From Hyaloraphidium curvatum SAG 235-1 (lineage: Eukaryota > Fungi > Monoblepharomycota), in the NCBI GenBank assembly GCA_025558095.1, contig JAIVFI010000014.1, positions 62,001 through 126,000 of the forward strand: 64,000 nucleotides of DNA, in the 5' to 3' direction. Positions 21,078 to 32,447 of the stretch are shown piece by piece; position 1 is the first letter of the stretch; each line of letters opens with the position of its first letter. A model generated the notes under the pieces. That model ran no database searches. It was given only the letters and a program-made list of their open reading frames with translations, and was not told the DNA's origin. Both the position numbers and the translations under genes were made by a program.

Positions 21078-21656
21078 TCAACCCCAGTACCTGGCCCTCT
21101 CCGACCAACCGATGAACCGCACAACATCGCTGGCCTCCTGCCGCCCGAAGATCGCCGCGCTCGACATGGTCCCAACCAGCCGGCGGTCCCGCGCCCGCAG
21201 GTCCATCATCGATTTGGCGTGGCGCACCGCGGGCTCGGTTGTCTCGCCGTCCCCATTGTCGTCCTCCTCCCCTTCCTCCTGGTCGATGTCCTCGTCGAGA
21301 TCGATTGCGGCGACCAGCGTCTCCTCCGACGGCGCGCCGCTCCGGATCCGCGACGGCGTCGGCGTCGGCGCCGGCGCCGGTTCGCCCGCGCCGTCGTCCA
21401 ACGGCCCCTCCCCCGAATCGATGCTGGCCCCGTCATCGCTGGACAGCACCGCCCCCAACACCTCGTCCATGCTCGCCCCCGCCGCGATGGGCACAGGGAG
21501 CACCGGTGCGGGGGGAACCGCGTCCTCTGCAGGCGCGGGCGTTGTCGGATCCGCGGGGGGCGGCGCGGCGGCGGGCCGCGGGGGGCGGGAGGGGCGGAAC
21601 AGGGAGATGAATTTGGTGCGCAGGCCGCCGAGGAGGGTGCGGAGGTCGCGGGGCAT
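21078..21656 (-). CDS. Hypothetical protein, tandem paralog of 20008-20712
   Basis: Starts MPRDLRTLLGGLRTKF; C-terminal RRLVGTMSSAAIFGRQEASDVVRFIGWSE. Confidence 0.6.
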   Translation of the reverse strand: MPRDLRTLLGGLRTKFISLFRPSRPPRPAAAPPPADPTTPAPAEDAVPPAPVLPVPIAAGASMDEVLGAVLSSDDGASIDSGEGPLDDGAGEPAPAPTPTPSRIRSGAPSEETLVAAIDLDEDIDQEEGEEDDNGDGETTEPAVRHAKSMMDLRARDRRLVGTMSSAAIFGRQEASDVVRFIGWSERARYWG

Positions 21657-22180
21657 CGCGGGATGGGGTCGGCTGGACCGCCGACGGTTGGCTGGTGGCG
21701 AACTCTCGGGAAGCGGGAAGCGCTGACGGCGATGACGGGTCGTGAGCGGGCGGATACGTAGCAAGTCAATGGTGTGAAGACAGTTTCAAAGGAAGAAAGG
21801 ATGGCTGGACGTCTTTCTTGCTCGTTCGAGGGGGCGGCGAGGCGGAATCAGTGTCGACCGACACTGCAGAGTTGCAGAACTCGGCCCCTCAAGGAGGCCG
21901 ACTTCCAAGCTGCCTGACCCCGGCTACATTCGAGCTTAGGACGAGCACGTTTGTTCATCAAATCTGGAGCTCAACGCAAGTAGAGGAAGCAGGCGCCTGG
22001 TGGGCGCCTGGCGTCCGATGTCCCGATCGTCGTCAACGGGACCGCCGTCCCGGCAGCACAAACATCGCCATCGCGGGGTTCCGCGGGCTTGTCCCGCCTC
22101 TGCGGCGCCTAGCGTGAGCGCAGCGTTGATTCTTTTGCTTCCGCCGCGGGCCCGTGCGGCGGCGCCGACGTGCCGCCGCA

Positions 22181-25100
22181 ATGCACCGCGGCGCGGGCGG
22201 CGGAGCCTCCGGCGGCAAACCGACGCCCTTCTCGTCGCTCAACACCTTCCAGCGCGGCGCCGCGCCCCCTCCCGGCACCCGCGGCATCGCAACCTCCGCG
22301 CACCGCCGCAAGCACCGGCCCGCCGACGGCGGCAGCGACGGCGACGTCGACTTCGCGGGCATCGACGACGACGCGCTGTGGGCCCTGCAGCCGCCCGAGC
22401 CGCACGAGCGATCGCCGCACGCGTCGCCAAGCAAGCGTGCGAGGCCCATGGTCGACCCCGATTCGCCCTTCATCGCCCGCAACATCTACACCGACGCCGG
22501 GGCACCCCAGAACGACCTCCCGCGGAAGACCGGCGCTGATGCCGCGGGCCCGGCATCTTCGGTCGGCGCGCCGGCCGCACCCGCCGGCAGCTTCCTGTCT
22601 CCTCTCCTTCGCACGCCCATCCAGCAGCTAGAAAGGCTGCAGGTCGACCCCGCACCCCTATCGGCCGCCGACCCCCGCGGCTCCCCCGATGCCGCCGACG
22701 GGCCCTACTCCACCTGCCCCGGATCCCCTGCCACCCCGACCTCGGCCCGCACGCTTGTTGCTCAGCCGCCCGGGACCCCACCCTGCACCTCCCCGACCGC
22801 CAGCCCGACGCAACACACGACGCTGTCGTCGCCGTGCCGTACCTTCGGGCTGCGCGTTCCCAAGCTGGCCACGGAAACCGAGGCCAGGCTGCTCGCTTCC
22901 CCCTCGGGATGGCTGAGGACCTTCGAGGTGCTCCGGCACGTCTCCCCGTCGGGGCCGGTGGCCCCTGACTTGGTCGACGGGGATCCCGCGCTTGTCGCGG
23001 AGCTCTGCTCGTGCCCTCCGAACCACATCGTCTCCATCCTCGATTCCCGCCGCATCGACGCGGACTGCCGGGCCTCTCCCCTCACCCCCGCCCCATCGGA
23101 CGCCTTCGACCCTCCCCCGGACCACGTGATCACCTTCTCGGTCCTCGTCTCGCGCAAAATCTCCGACACCGCCAACCTCCTCGTCTCCCTGCTTCACCCC
23201 TCGGCGGAGCTCCCCACCCGCCTCGAGGCCGAATGGGGCGCCGACGCGGTGCTCTGCCTCTCGCTGGACGAGGGTTCCATCGGCCGCGCCAAGCTGGCGA
23301 TGGTGAAGCCGTCCCTGCGCCGCATCACCATCGCGGGGCGGGAGTTCGGCTTCCTTGTGGCCAAGAAGGACAAGCGGCAGGGCGAGCGGGCATACCTGGT
23401 CCGGCTGCCCGAGGGCACCGGCCCCGAGGACGCCCTGGCGCGGCTGGTCCCCCCGATCCTGGCCAACCACCACATGTCCCTGCCCAAGTACCTCGCCCGC
23501 CTGACCCTGGGCCTCTCCCGCACGCGGCGGTTATCCATCCCGGGCCTCAAGATCAGGGTCGTCGACGATGCGGGGGACGGTCCCCACGTGCTCACGGACG
23601 GGTGCGGGCTCGCGTCGCCGGACGTGCTGCGGCTCGCGCACCCCGATCGCGCCGAGCACCGTGCGCGGGTGCCCTGCGCGGTGCAGGTGCGGATCGGAGG
23701 GGCAAAGGGGATGCTGCTCGAGGCGGCCTGGCTGGAGGAGAGGACGGTGGTGCTGAGGAAGTCGATGGTCAAGTACCTTTACCCCGGCGGCGGGCCGGCG
23801 GGGGAGGGGGAGCACGCGGTGCTGGAGGTGGTCAGGTTCGCGGACGAGGGGTCTGCGTACCTGAATGCGGAGTTTGTTCAGGTGCTGGCGGGGTTGGGGG
23901 TGGCCAAGGAGACTTTTGTTGAGCTGGAGGTGGGATGACTTGGGACGACCGCTCCAGCGTTCGCTAAATGCCCCCATTTGCAGCACGAGGCTGCATCCGA
24001 GACCCTCTCGCACCTCTTCCCCGACCCGCCCGAGCCCCTCAAAACGGCGCGCTTCCTCTTCCGCAGCCTCACCCAGGTGTACGACGACTCGGGCGACCTC
24101 TTCCCCGGCGAGATCCTCCTCCGCCTCATCCTCGCCGGCTTCGACCCCAATGCCGAGCCCTGGGCCCGCGCCAAGCTCGCCGCCTTCGCCCGCTGGGAGG
24201 GCGAGCGGCGCCGCGCGCGAGCCCGCATCCTCGTTGCAAAGGGTGCGTCGGCGATCGCGGTGCCGGACCCGCTGGGCGTGCTGGCGCCGGGGGAGATGTA
24301 CTTCCGCGGCGAAGGCGGGGAGGTGCTCCGCGGGGACGTGCTTTGCATGCGGAACCCGTGCCATCTTCCTTCGGACGTGCAGGTGTACGGGGCGGTGCAC
24401 AAGCCGGAGCTGGCGGGGTACCACAACGTGTGCGTATTTTCTACCGCCGGGCCGGGGCCGGGGATGGCGGCCAGGCTGAGCGGGGGGGACTACGACGGGG
24501 ACGTGGTGACGATGATCTGGGACGACCGCCTCGTGGGCCAGGTGCGGCGGGATCTCTGCGGCGTGCCTGCGGAGCTCCCGGGCGTCGCAGCTGCTTTTGA
24601 GCGCACACCGCCGCCCACCGTCGGCGAGGTGCTCGCATCCGAGGGCATGGAGGGCCTGGCGCAGCGCGCTTGGAAGGCCTACGTGGGCGGCGAGGAGGAC
24701 ATGCTGGGAATGTACACGCGGTGGCACGCGATGGTTGCGGAGCACGAGGGCGTGGCGAGCGAGCGCGCGGTAGAGCTCGCGCAGATGTGCCAGCGGTGAG
24801 CCAGATTGGGTCGAGATCGTTCATCTGCTCACCTGCTTGCGGCTCTGCAGGCTCGTGGACGCGCCCAAGACGGGCGATCGGCTTCTGCCCGAGGCGGAGC
24901 AGCGGCACAGGATGTTTGCCGAGCCCTTGCCCAAGCTCTTCTGGTGGGACCTGCGGCAGGCGAGCAAGTCCAAGGGCAAGACGCCCTCCCGACCCGCCGC
25001 CGCCGTACCGGGCCCGACATCCTTCCTGCACGACCTCGCGGCGGGGCTGGTCCCCATGCCGCCGCTCTTTAAGGAGCGGATGGACGAGCTGCTTCTGCGC

Positions 25101-25652
25101 AAGGCGCCGTTGGACGAGCACCTGCTGGCCCCGCTGGCATCGCTGCCCAGCGATCCAGCCACGCAGCGCGACCTGGAGCTTCTCAAGCGGGCTGTCACGG
25201 CGACATACAAGCGTTACAACTCGTTCTTTGCCCAGCGGTACAACGACGCGCCGCAGACGCCGGGCAAGAGCGAGGGCAGGAAGATCGCCGAGTTCAAGCA
25301 GAGGCTCGAGGCCGACTTCCGCGGCATCGGCACGGAGGGAATGGAGAGCCTGGTGTGGACGTCGGCCGACACGAGGCTCAAGGTGCTGGGCGCCATTGCA
25401 TGTGGGTCCTTCGTCTGCCGTAGCGAGAATCCGCATCTAACTCTCCGATCAGACCAACTCACACGCTCGGCACCACCCGTGCCCGGGAAGCCGGAGGGGT
25501 CCGGCCAGTTCTGCTGGGAGATGGCACTGGACGCACTCTGCCAGATCAAGGCGTACCATGAACACAACGACGGACGGACAGGGCCGCCGCGGTTCCCTTG
25601 GGCGGTGCCGTGGACGATCGCGCGCTTCCTGAGGCTGCGATGGGGGAAGTAG
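22181..25652 (+). CDS. Cellular RNA-dependent RNA polymerase, QDE-1-like (introns ~23930-23983, ~24796-24850, ~25402-25452)
   Basis: TDGCG, AVQVRIGGAKGML, RKSMVK, PDPLGVLAPGE, RNPCHLPSDVQ and catalytic LSGGDYDGD motifs. Confidence 0.93.
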
Positions 25653-26076
25653 GAATAGATATGTGTTTGCTGTTTACTTGGGGTTAGAACGTGCTGGGCA
25701 TGCCAAGAACTCAAGACGACGGTCAATCAATTTCGTCCGCCCATCCATGACGCCGTAGGCACGGCCGGTAGCGTTTCGGCTCCGCACCGAGGAAGGTTCA
25801 CAACTAGTGTGGCTTTGGCGCGGACGACGCGTGGGGCGTCGGTTGTGATTTTTCTTCGCGTGCGGGAGCGAGACGATAGAAGGGGGGCGCCCCACTTCGA
25901 AATCGTCGACAACTCCAACTCGGCCCCGACCTGGAAACATTGATCGATTAGGAACTGACTACTCGACATTTGTATGGAGCACTCCGTCATCCTCTCGCAA
26001 TTCGGGTGAATGTACGACCTTGGCGACGCCCGCAGCGCCTCGCGTCAACTTCGGCTGCGCGGCAACAAAGGGACAA

Positions 26077-26771
26077 CTATTTCGGGAGCGGAGGGGCGCA
26101 ATGGTCCTTGTGCCTCAGCCAGTCGCCCTTCTGGCACTCTTTCGAGCAGTAGATCGCGACCTGTCAGCCAGAAGAGAGCGCAGATCAGGGTTCCCGGTCG
26201 TCGACGTCTCTGGAGCGGCCTAAACCTTGCACCGTGAACATCTCTGGAAATCGGCCGTGGCCTTGATCGTCACCCTGGGGCAGTTTTCATATAGGCACGG
26301 TCGCCAGTGCCCGTCCGACTTGTGCGGCGACGCTACGCTGCCCATGGCCTCTGCCCGCAGCTCCAGGGCCCGCTCGTAGCACCCGTTACCTTTCTGGAGC
26401 TTGCAGGTCGTCCACAGCTTGCGGGTGGCCGTGAGGTCGCCCTTGTTGTCCGCGCCGGGCTCGATGCCGTACGTCACGAGCGCGATGCACGACATCTCGT
26501 CCCCGTAGCCGTGCCTCCCGCAGGCGACGCAAGCCCAACCCCTTGGTCGACGTTCATCGTACAGCGTCTCCAAGGCAGGGAGGAAGTCCGCTTTGGCCGC
26601 CGCGTAGAGCTGCGGGTCACGCCGGGTGGGGTCTCCGATCATGAGTACGTCCTGGGCCGCCTTCGAGACCCAGCCGTATAGCTGGAAGACCTCAGGCTCG
26701 GCGCCGTGCGGCAGGTACACGACGAGCTTGGCTTTGGCTGCGACAACCTGCAGCTTTTGCTGGGCGGGCAT
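26077..26771 (-). CDS. MYND-type zinc finger protein (type A; intron 26225-26161)
   Basis: Spliced C-terminus PCLYENC..FQRCSRCK|VAIYCSKECQKGDWLRHKDHC. Confidence 0.82.
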
Positions 26772-26902
26772 CGGGTTGGAGCAGTGAGCGGTGATAGCGA
26801 CCGATGACGTGTCAAGCAACGCAAGGCCTGCAGGCCATGATTCCGGCGGTCACCGACGACCTTCCTCCGTCTCGTACGCCAACAATCCACGCTCACTGAA
26901 AC

Positions 26903-27540
26903 ATGCAGGTCGCCTTGGAGAAACCCCGCGTGCGCAGTCCCATCGCCGCCAACGCGCGCGTCGGGCGGAAGGAGGCCAAGCTGGCGTTCAAGCTGGAGGT
27001 CCACGCCGGGTCGGAGCAGCTCCCCAGGCGTTTGGAGGCGACGTTTGCCGTCAACAGAGCCTCGTTACCGGAGGAATTTCGTCCCCACCATGAGCTCCAC
27101 GAGGCGATGAAGAAGGAGTGCGGGGCGTGGACCGACGAGCAGCTCGGACCCCTCGACCTGAGGTGCCTCGGATGCTTGGCCCGGTTTCCGCCTGGTTCGG
27201 AGAAGACGGGACCCAACCTCAGCTTTTTGAGCTCGCAAAGGAAGGCGGTGAGGCGACAGCGTTCTGCTGGATGAAGGCGCTCTCCTGCGACGGGCCGGGG
27301 ACCATCTGCTTCGAGGCCAGCCGACGTCTCCTCATGAAGTTGGAGAAGGACATTGACCTCCATCTCCAGCCGTGCATCTGCAAGAACCCCAGATGCGGTG
27401 TTCGTGGGGACAGGGAGAGCTTCAAGCGCTGCGCGGGGTGCAAGCTCGTGGAGTACTGCTCGCGCGAGTGCCAGAAGCTCGACTGGCCCGAGCATCGCAA
27501 GGTGTGCCGACAGGACGCCGAGTCAGCGGACGCAGCGTGA
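26903..27540 (+). CDS. MYND-type zinc finger protein (type B, copy 2), with an apparent frameshift at the T-run ~27224-27228
   Basis: Colinear with 1864-2505 across two reading frames. MYND finger [28 protein letters not shown]. Confidence 0.78.
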
Positions 27541-27644
27541 TTGCTGTCCGCGGGAATGAGAAGATTAGTCGGGGAGCGGCCAGGCGGGCGCAGCCAACGG
27601 TGAGACCGAAGGCATCAAAAGCATCAATTAAATACGAAGCAGAA

Positions 27645-28895
27645 TCACTTGGCCTTCTTCTTGCCGAACAGCCCGCCAAAGAGCCCGCCTCCCTTGCCGG
27701 GCTCATCCTTCTTCTTGGCCACGCCGCCCCCCTTCCGGCCCTTGTACCCGTCAAGGAGCCAGTCTACCTGCCGCTTGTTGAACGCTCCCCGTCTCCGCTT
27801 CCGCACCACGTCGATAGCGTCCAGGGGGTCCAGCCCGGCGTCGATCAGGCTCATGGCCACGAAGAGCGGGGCGCGGCCGATGCCCGAGACGCAGTGCGTG
27901 GCCACGCCGTGCTGGGGAGGGTTGGGCATCGCCGATATACGGTCGACGAGGGCATGCCAGTCGGCCACCACTGATTTTGAGGGGAAAGGGGTGTCAGAAC
28001 GAGGAAGGACGATTCGGCGCGCGACCCACCTTGATCCGAAGGCACGCCGCCGTCTTCGAACTTCATGGTGTCCCACACCTTGATCCCCTCCTTCTCCATG
28101 AGCTGCTTGTTGTAGGCCTTCTCCTCGCAAATCCGCACCACGTCCTGGATCCCGTTCTCCTTCAGGATCGCGACGTACTCGGGCATGAGCGCGTCCGAGG
28201 GGCAGTCCAGGACCAGGAACTTTATGGGCACGGAGGGGTGGGTTATGAGGGAGGAACGGTGGGAGTAGGGGGAGTGGAGGGAGGTCGGGACCTCGAAGGT
28301 CGAGGGGTATTGTGTCCGAGGGTCTCCTGGGGTCGGAGTGGGTATTCGGGACTGGAAAGGAGGCAGTCAGCAACTTGAGGGTCCCAGAAGGAATGAAAAC
28401 AAGAAAGATCCGAGCTCAATGTGAGGATCGACGCTCCAGGTAGGCGACCCTAGTCAAGCGTCCGGCGTCGACTGTCCACGAAACACAGATCTCGCCCGGG
28501 GCGATCTGGCGCCCGCATTCCGCGTTCTTGACGCGACAGATCCCGATTCCGACCCCGAAACCACGTCCGTTGCTGCCCACCTGAGTTATCTTCTGCCTGT
28601 GCGCTTCCGGAGAATGGTCACCCTCCCTGGGCGGGCTCCCCACCGCCAAGGAGTTCCCCGACGCGTTCGATCCGAAGCTCGAGACTTGCGTCACGCCCGG
28701 CGTGGGGATTGGCGCGGTCGGGGAGGGTTCGGTGACCGTCACGGCGGCCGCGGCGGCCTGCGGGTTCGGGGACGGCGAGCGCGTCCGAGCGGCGGCCGAG
28801 GCGCGGTCCCGCCGCCTCCCGAGCGCCGTGGGAGACGGCGTCGACCACCCATCGTCGGCCGGCGGGGGCTTGGACGCCGAGGCCGAGGAGGACAT
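27645..28895 (-). CDS. Protein tyrosine phosphatase type IVA (PRL-like); introns 28580-28352 and ~28030-27972
   Basis: KFLVLDCPSD, VVRICE, FEDG, HCVSGIGRAP, VRKRRRGAFN and a polybasic tail. Confidence 0.88.
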
Positions 28896-29137
28896 GTCCC
28901 TGTCAGCGCCTGTAGCGCAACCTGTAGCGTCGTTTGAGTCAAACAATCATCCCCTTCAGCCCAAAAGCAGGTGGGTATTCGATGGATAGACAAAGCAACT
29001 AAATGGCAAATCCTCTATCTTGTGCCGCAGATCTTTCCGCTGGGACCGGATGCCTTGGCGCGCGTCATCCGCTCCCCACTCACTCGGGAGACAAACACGG
29101 TCGTTTCGTTATTTTCCGGAGCCGTCCGACGGCGAAC

Positions 29138-30708
29138 CTATTGCTTTGCCTTCTTCCATAGCTTTCTTCGCCCTGCCTCACGCGCGTTCCTCCTGAAGAG
29201 CGGTGAAATGGGCGCGCTCTCCACCCTCGTCCCCCGGAACCCGCTGCTCTTCTCGGGGTGAGGGGGTTGCAAAAGCCTTGAGGACATAGGCCAACTGTTC
29301 TCGCCGACCAGCTGCTCCGAAATTGCCCTTGCCGTGTACTTCGGCTGGGCCATCGCGCTATTCGGCCAGGGAAACAAGACCGTTGGGCCGTTCAAGAACC
29401 GCGAACTGACTTTGAAAGCTCATCTCGACTACATCATGTAACTGCCCCTGTCTTCTATTCGCTCTCAGTGCGATTGACTTGCTTCGAACTTTCCAGGATG
29501 GGGACGATCCAAATCGCGCTCTCATCTACGGAGCTTGCCAAGACCACGCCGCCCAAGTTTCTTTGGCCTTTCATCTGGGCCTGCTGGTTCAATCCTTCGG
29601 CCTTCACCTTCGCCGCGATCTGTTGGTGTCCGCCCCGAATCCTTTGCGGCGTCGCTGATGCCTTCTTTCGCAGCCGAGAAGGGACGTGGAGTTTGGGGAA
29701 ACCAGCTCCTTGGCCTCACGACCCTCGTTTCCTTCTCCGTCAAGACGATCTCGTGGACCTACTTTGCCGTCAAGGCTCACCAGGCTGCGCTCTAATCGCA
29801 CGACATTCCTATGTTCAAATTTCAGAGTTATAGACGTCAGAACTGCCCTTTGGCCCCGCGCGACTGTCCGGACCCCCGCCGCGGCCTGAGATTCTCGCTG
29901 GGCGCCCTTGCATACTCGGGAAGCATCACGGGGGCTCGATTCCGGATATACTCGATGGCCGTTTTGGGAGGTTCGACCGGCGCCTTCGGCCGATCGCCCA
30001 GTGGTACGACTCAAAGGCCGTCAGATCTCCGCAAGGGGCCACACGAGATACCCACAGCGTCCGAGGAGGTGGACCTTGAGCGTCTCGAACTCGTGAGGGA
30101 TGTAGGTCCGCGGCAGGAAAGCCTCGGCGCCCAGCACGTCCTGCGACACGTCAACGATCACGAAGTTGTCAGCGGCTTTTGAACGGCCGGTTCCCACCCT
30201 GTTCCACGTCTCCACCCTCTGAATCATCCACGGGTTCGGGACTACGGTGATGGCGACGTCCATTGCCAGCTTCGTCCCCGGCCTTTTCGTGTAGGGGACC
30301 ACGCATTCGAGGAAGAGGCCGACGTGCCCGCCGATCTCACCGGGCATGACGTGCAGGCAAAAGTTCTGTCCGGATCAATGAGCGCGTTTCTCATGTCGAA
30401 CCATGAACCTGGAGCCCACCCATGGCCCTCGGGTCTTGGCGAACCCGGACACAAAGACCGTGTCCGGCGCCTGGGACCGCCATCTCGGAACCCCGACCGA
30501 GAGCGCAAAGTCCGAGTCGTCCCAAGGCGCGATCATCGGGGACCATGCGGGCTCCCCGTACTGCGGGCGGATGGGGGGGACAAAACCAAAGGCGGGAAAC
30601 AGGAAAGGCGCGTTTTCCTGCGTCGCCACCGACTTCCGTTCCTTCAGAACCGTCGGCTCTTCATTGCAATCGAGAGTGTCGTCCGAGGCCGGTTCGACAA
30701 GCATCATC
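29138..30708 (-). CDS. Probable multi-exon hypothetical protein (boundaries poorly resolved)
   Basis: Consecutive minus-strand ORF segments (30375-30708, 30021-30347, 29138-29395) with protein-like composition, divergent from the gene at 30841. No domain recognised. Confidence 0.3.
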
Positions 30709-30840
30709 GAGCTCTCGCTCGTGTGTTGACGCGTTCGTTTGACGGACGCCTCTTGACCAAGCCCCGAGCGGGCGGTGCGCCCTTGCACCTAGCTCGTGGA
30801 CGGAATCAGCACGCGATTCCCGGGGCCTCGGCGCGCCGAA

Positions 30841-32263
30841 ATGTCCTTCCTCCCGCAAGGCTTCGCGCAGCTGGCCGACGATGACCCGTTCTCGGACTCG
30901 CATTCGGTGCCCGACCCTCCATCGCTCCCGCCGCGTCCCGCACCCCCGCCCAAGCCTCCGCACCACCATGCGTCCCCCGCACCGACCGCACACGCGCCTT
31001 CCGCGCCGCCGGCAAATACTGGGCTCGCGGGGAATACCTTCACGATCCACCTCGGCGTGGGCGTGCGGGACATTCCCAAGCTCGACGCGTTCTCCCTGAG
31101 CGACCCGATGGTGGCGGTCTTTGACGCGAGGACCGGGCGGGAGTTCGGGCGGACAGAGACCATCTGGAACGTCAAGTCGGCCGACTTCCAGCAGGAGCTC
31201 AAGGTCACCTACTCGCCGGCACAGAACACGACCCTGAAGTTCGTCGTCGTGGACACGGTGAGCTGATTCAGCCTTGGCTCCTTATGGCGGCTGACGCTCC
31301 CCAGGACGACGAGAAAACGTACGATCTCGCCAAGCAGGACCTGGTTGGAGACGTGCGGGTCGACCTCGAGGGCCTGGTCTTCCAGTCCAACGGAAATTGG
31401 GTCGCCTTCCCCATCATCCACCGCCGTCCAAAGAGGTACCCACGATGATGTTGTTGGCGAGCAACGCCACTGACCTTTTCCCGCCTCTGCCAGCGGCACC
31501 CTCCTCCTCCGCGTCGTGGACATCGTCCCCGGCTCCGACTCCTTCCTCGAAGACTCCCACCAGCGCTACTCCTCCGCCAACCCCGTCCTCGCCCCCCCTC
31601 CCCCCGTCGTCGAGCCGCGCCCGCCCATCGCCTCGGTTCCCGTGCGCGGCAACCTCACCTCGCGCAACTCGTTCGACGAGCGCGCGTCGTCGCGGTTCGC
31701 GCAGGACTGGGAGCGGCGCGACGCCGAGTTCCGGAAGATGCTCGGCAGCAGGGGGTGGCACGAGGTGCCGATCAAGGGGGACGGCGCGTGCTTCTTCCGG
31801 TCCGTGAGCTACCTCATCTTCGGGACCGAGGAGCGGCACGGGGAGCTGCGGGCCAAGACGATGGATTACATCGAGTCGCAGAGGTGGGCCCTCTTTCCTA
31901 CTTGAACCTGGCCGGGCTCACTTTTCAACCCACAGCGACTTCTTCGCGCCCTTCATCCTCGAGCCCCTCCCCGGCTACGTCAAGCGCAAGCGGCAGCCGG
32001 GCGAATACGCCAACAACGTCGAGATCCAGGCCGTCGCGTGCCTGCTGGCTCGCAACGTCGAGGTGTACCGCTACTCGATGGAGCCCGTGACGATCGAGCC
32101 CTTCATCTACGGGGAGGGCGACGCGCCGCCGCCGGCGGACAGGCCGCTGAGGCTGGCGTACAAGCACGAAGTGGTGGGTTGGACAGCAGCTGCGCCCGGA
32201 ACGTTGGTTCCTTACGGGGTTTGTCTGGCGAACTCACAGCACTACAACGCGATCGTGGTGTGA
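30841..32263 (+). CDS. C2 domain + OTU-family deubiquitinase (~5 exons)
   Basis: Copine-like C2 domain (DIPKLDAFSLSDPMV..GRTETI..LKFVVVD), followed by an OTU domain (IKGDGACFFRSVS..YANNVEIQA..LAY..HYNAI). Confidence 0.85.
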
Positions 32264-32447
32264 CCGTTAGATCTCGTAAGCCACCACTGGGGATGATGTG
32301 CGCGGCTCCGGACGGCCGCCAATGTCAGCATGGGACTGTCGAATCGGCAACCAATAGACACTGTCGCCACTCTCTATAAATCTCTCTAGCGAAACGCCAA
32401 AAGGAGGAATCAATCCACATAAATATCCACGGACAGCTCGAGCACCA

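Noticed and set aside
22181-25652. RdRP as an endogenous RNA virus
   Set aside because: It has the cellular double-psi-barrel DxDGD signature and spliceosomal introns, not viral palm-domain GDD motifs.
27624-27647. Stop-codon readthrough giving the PRL a CaaX box (TGA followed by FCFVFN*)
   Set aside because: The Cys would be fifth from the end rather than fourth, and the stop context is not a known leaky one.
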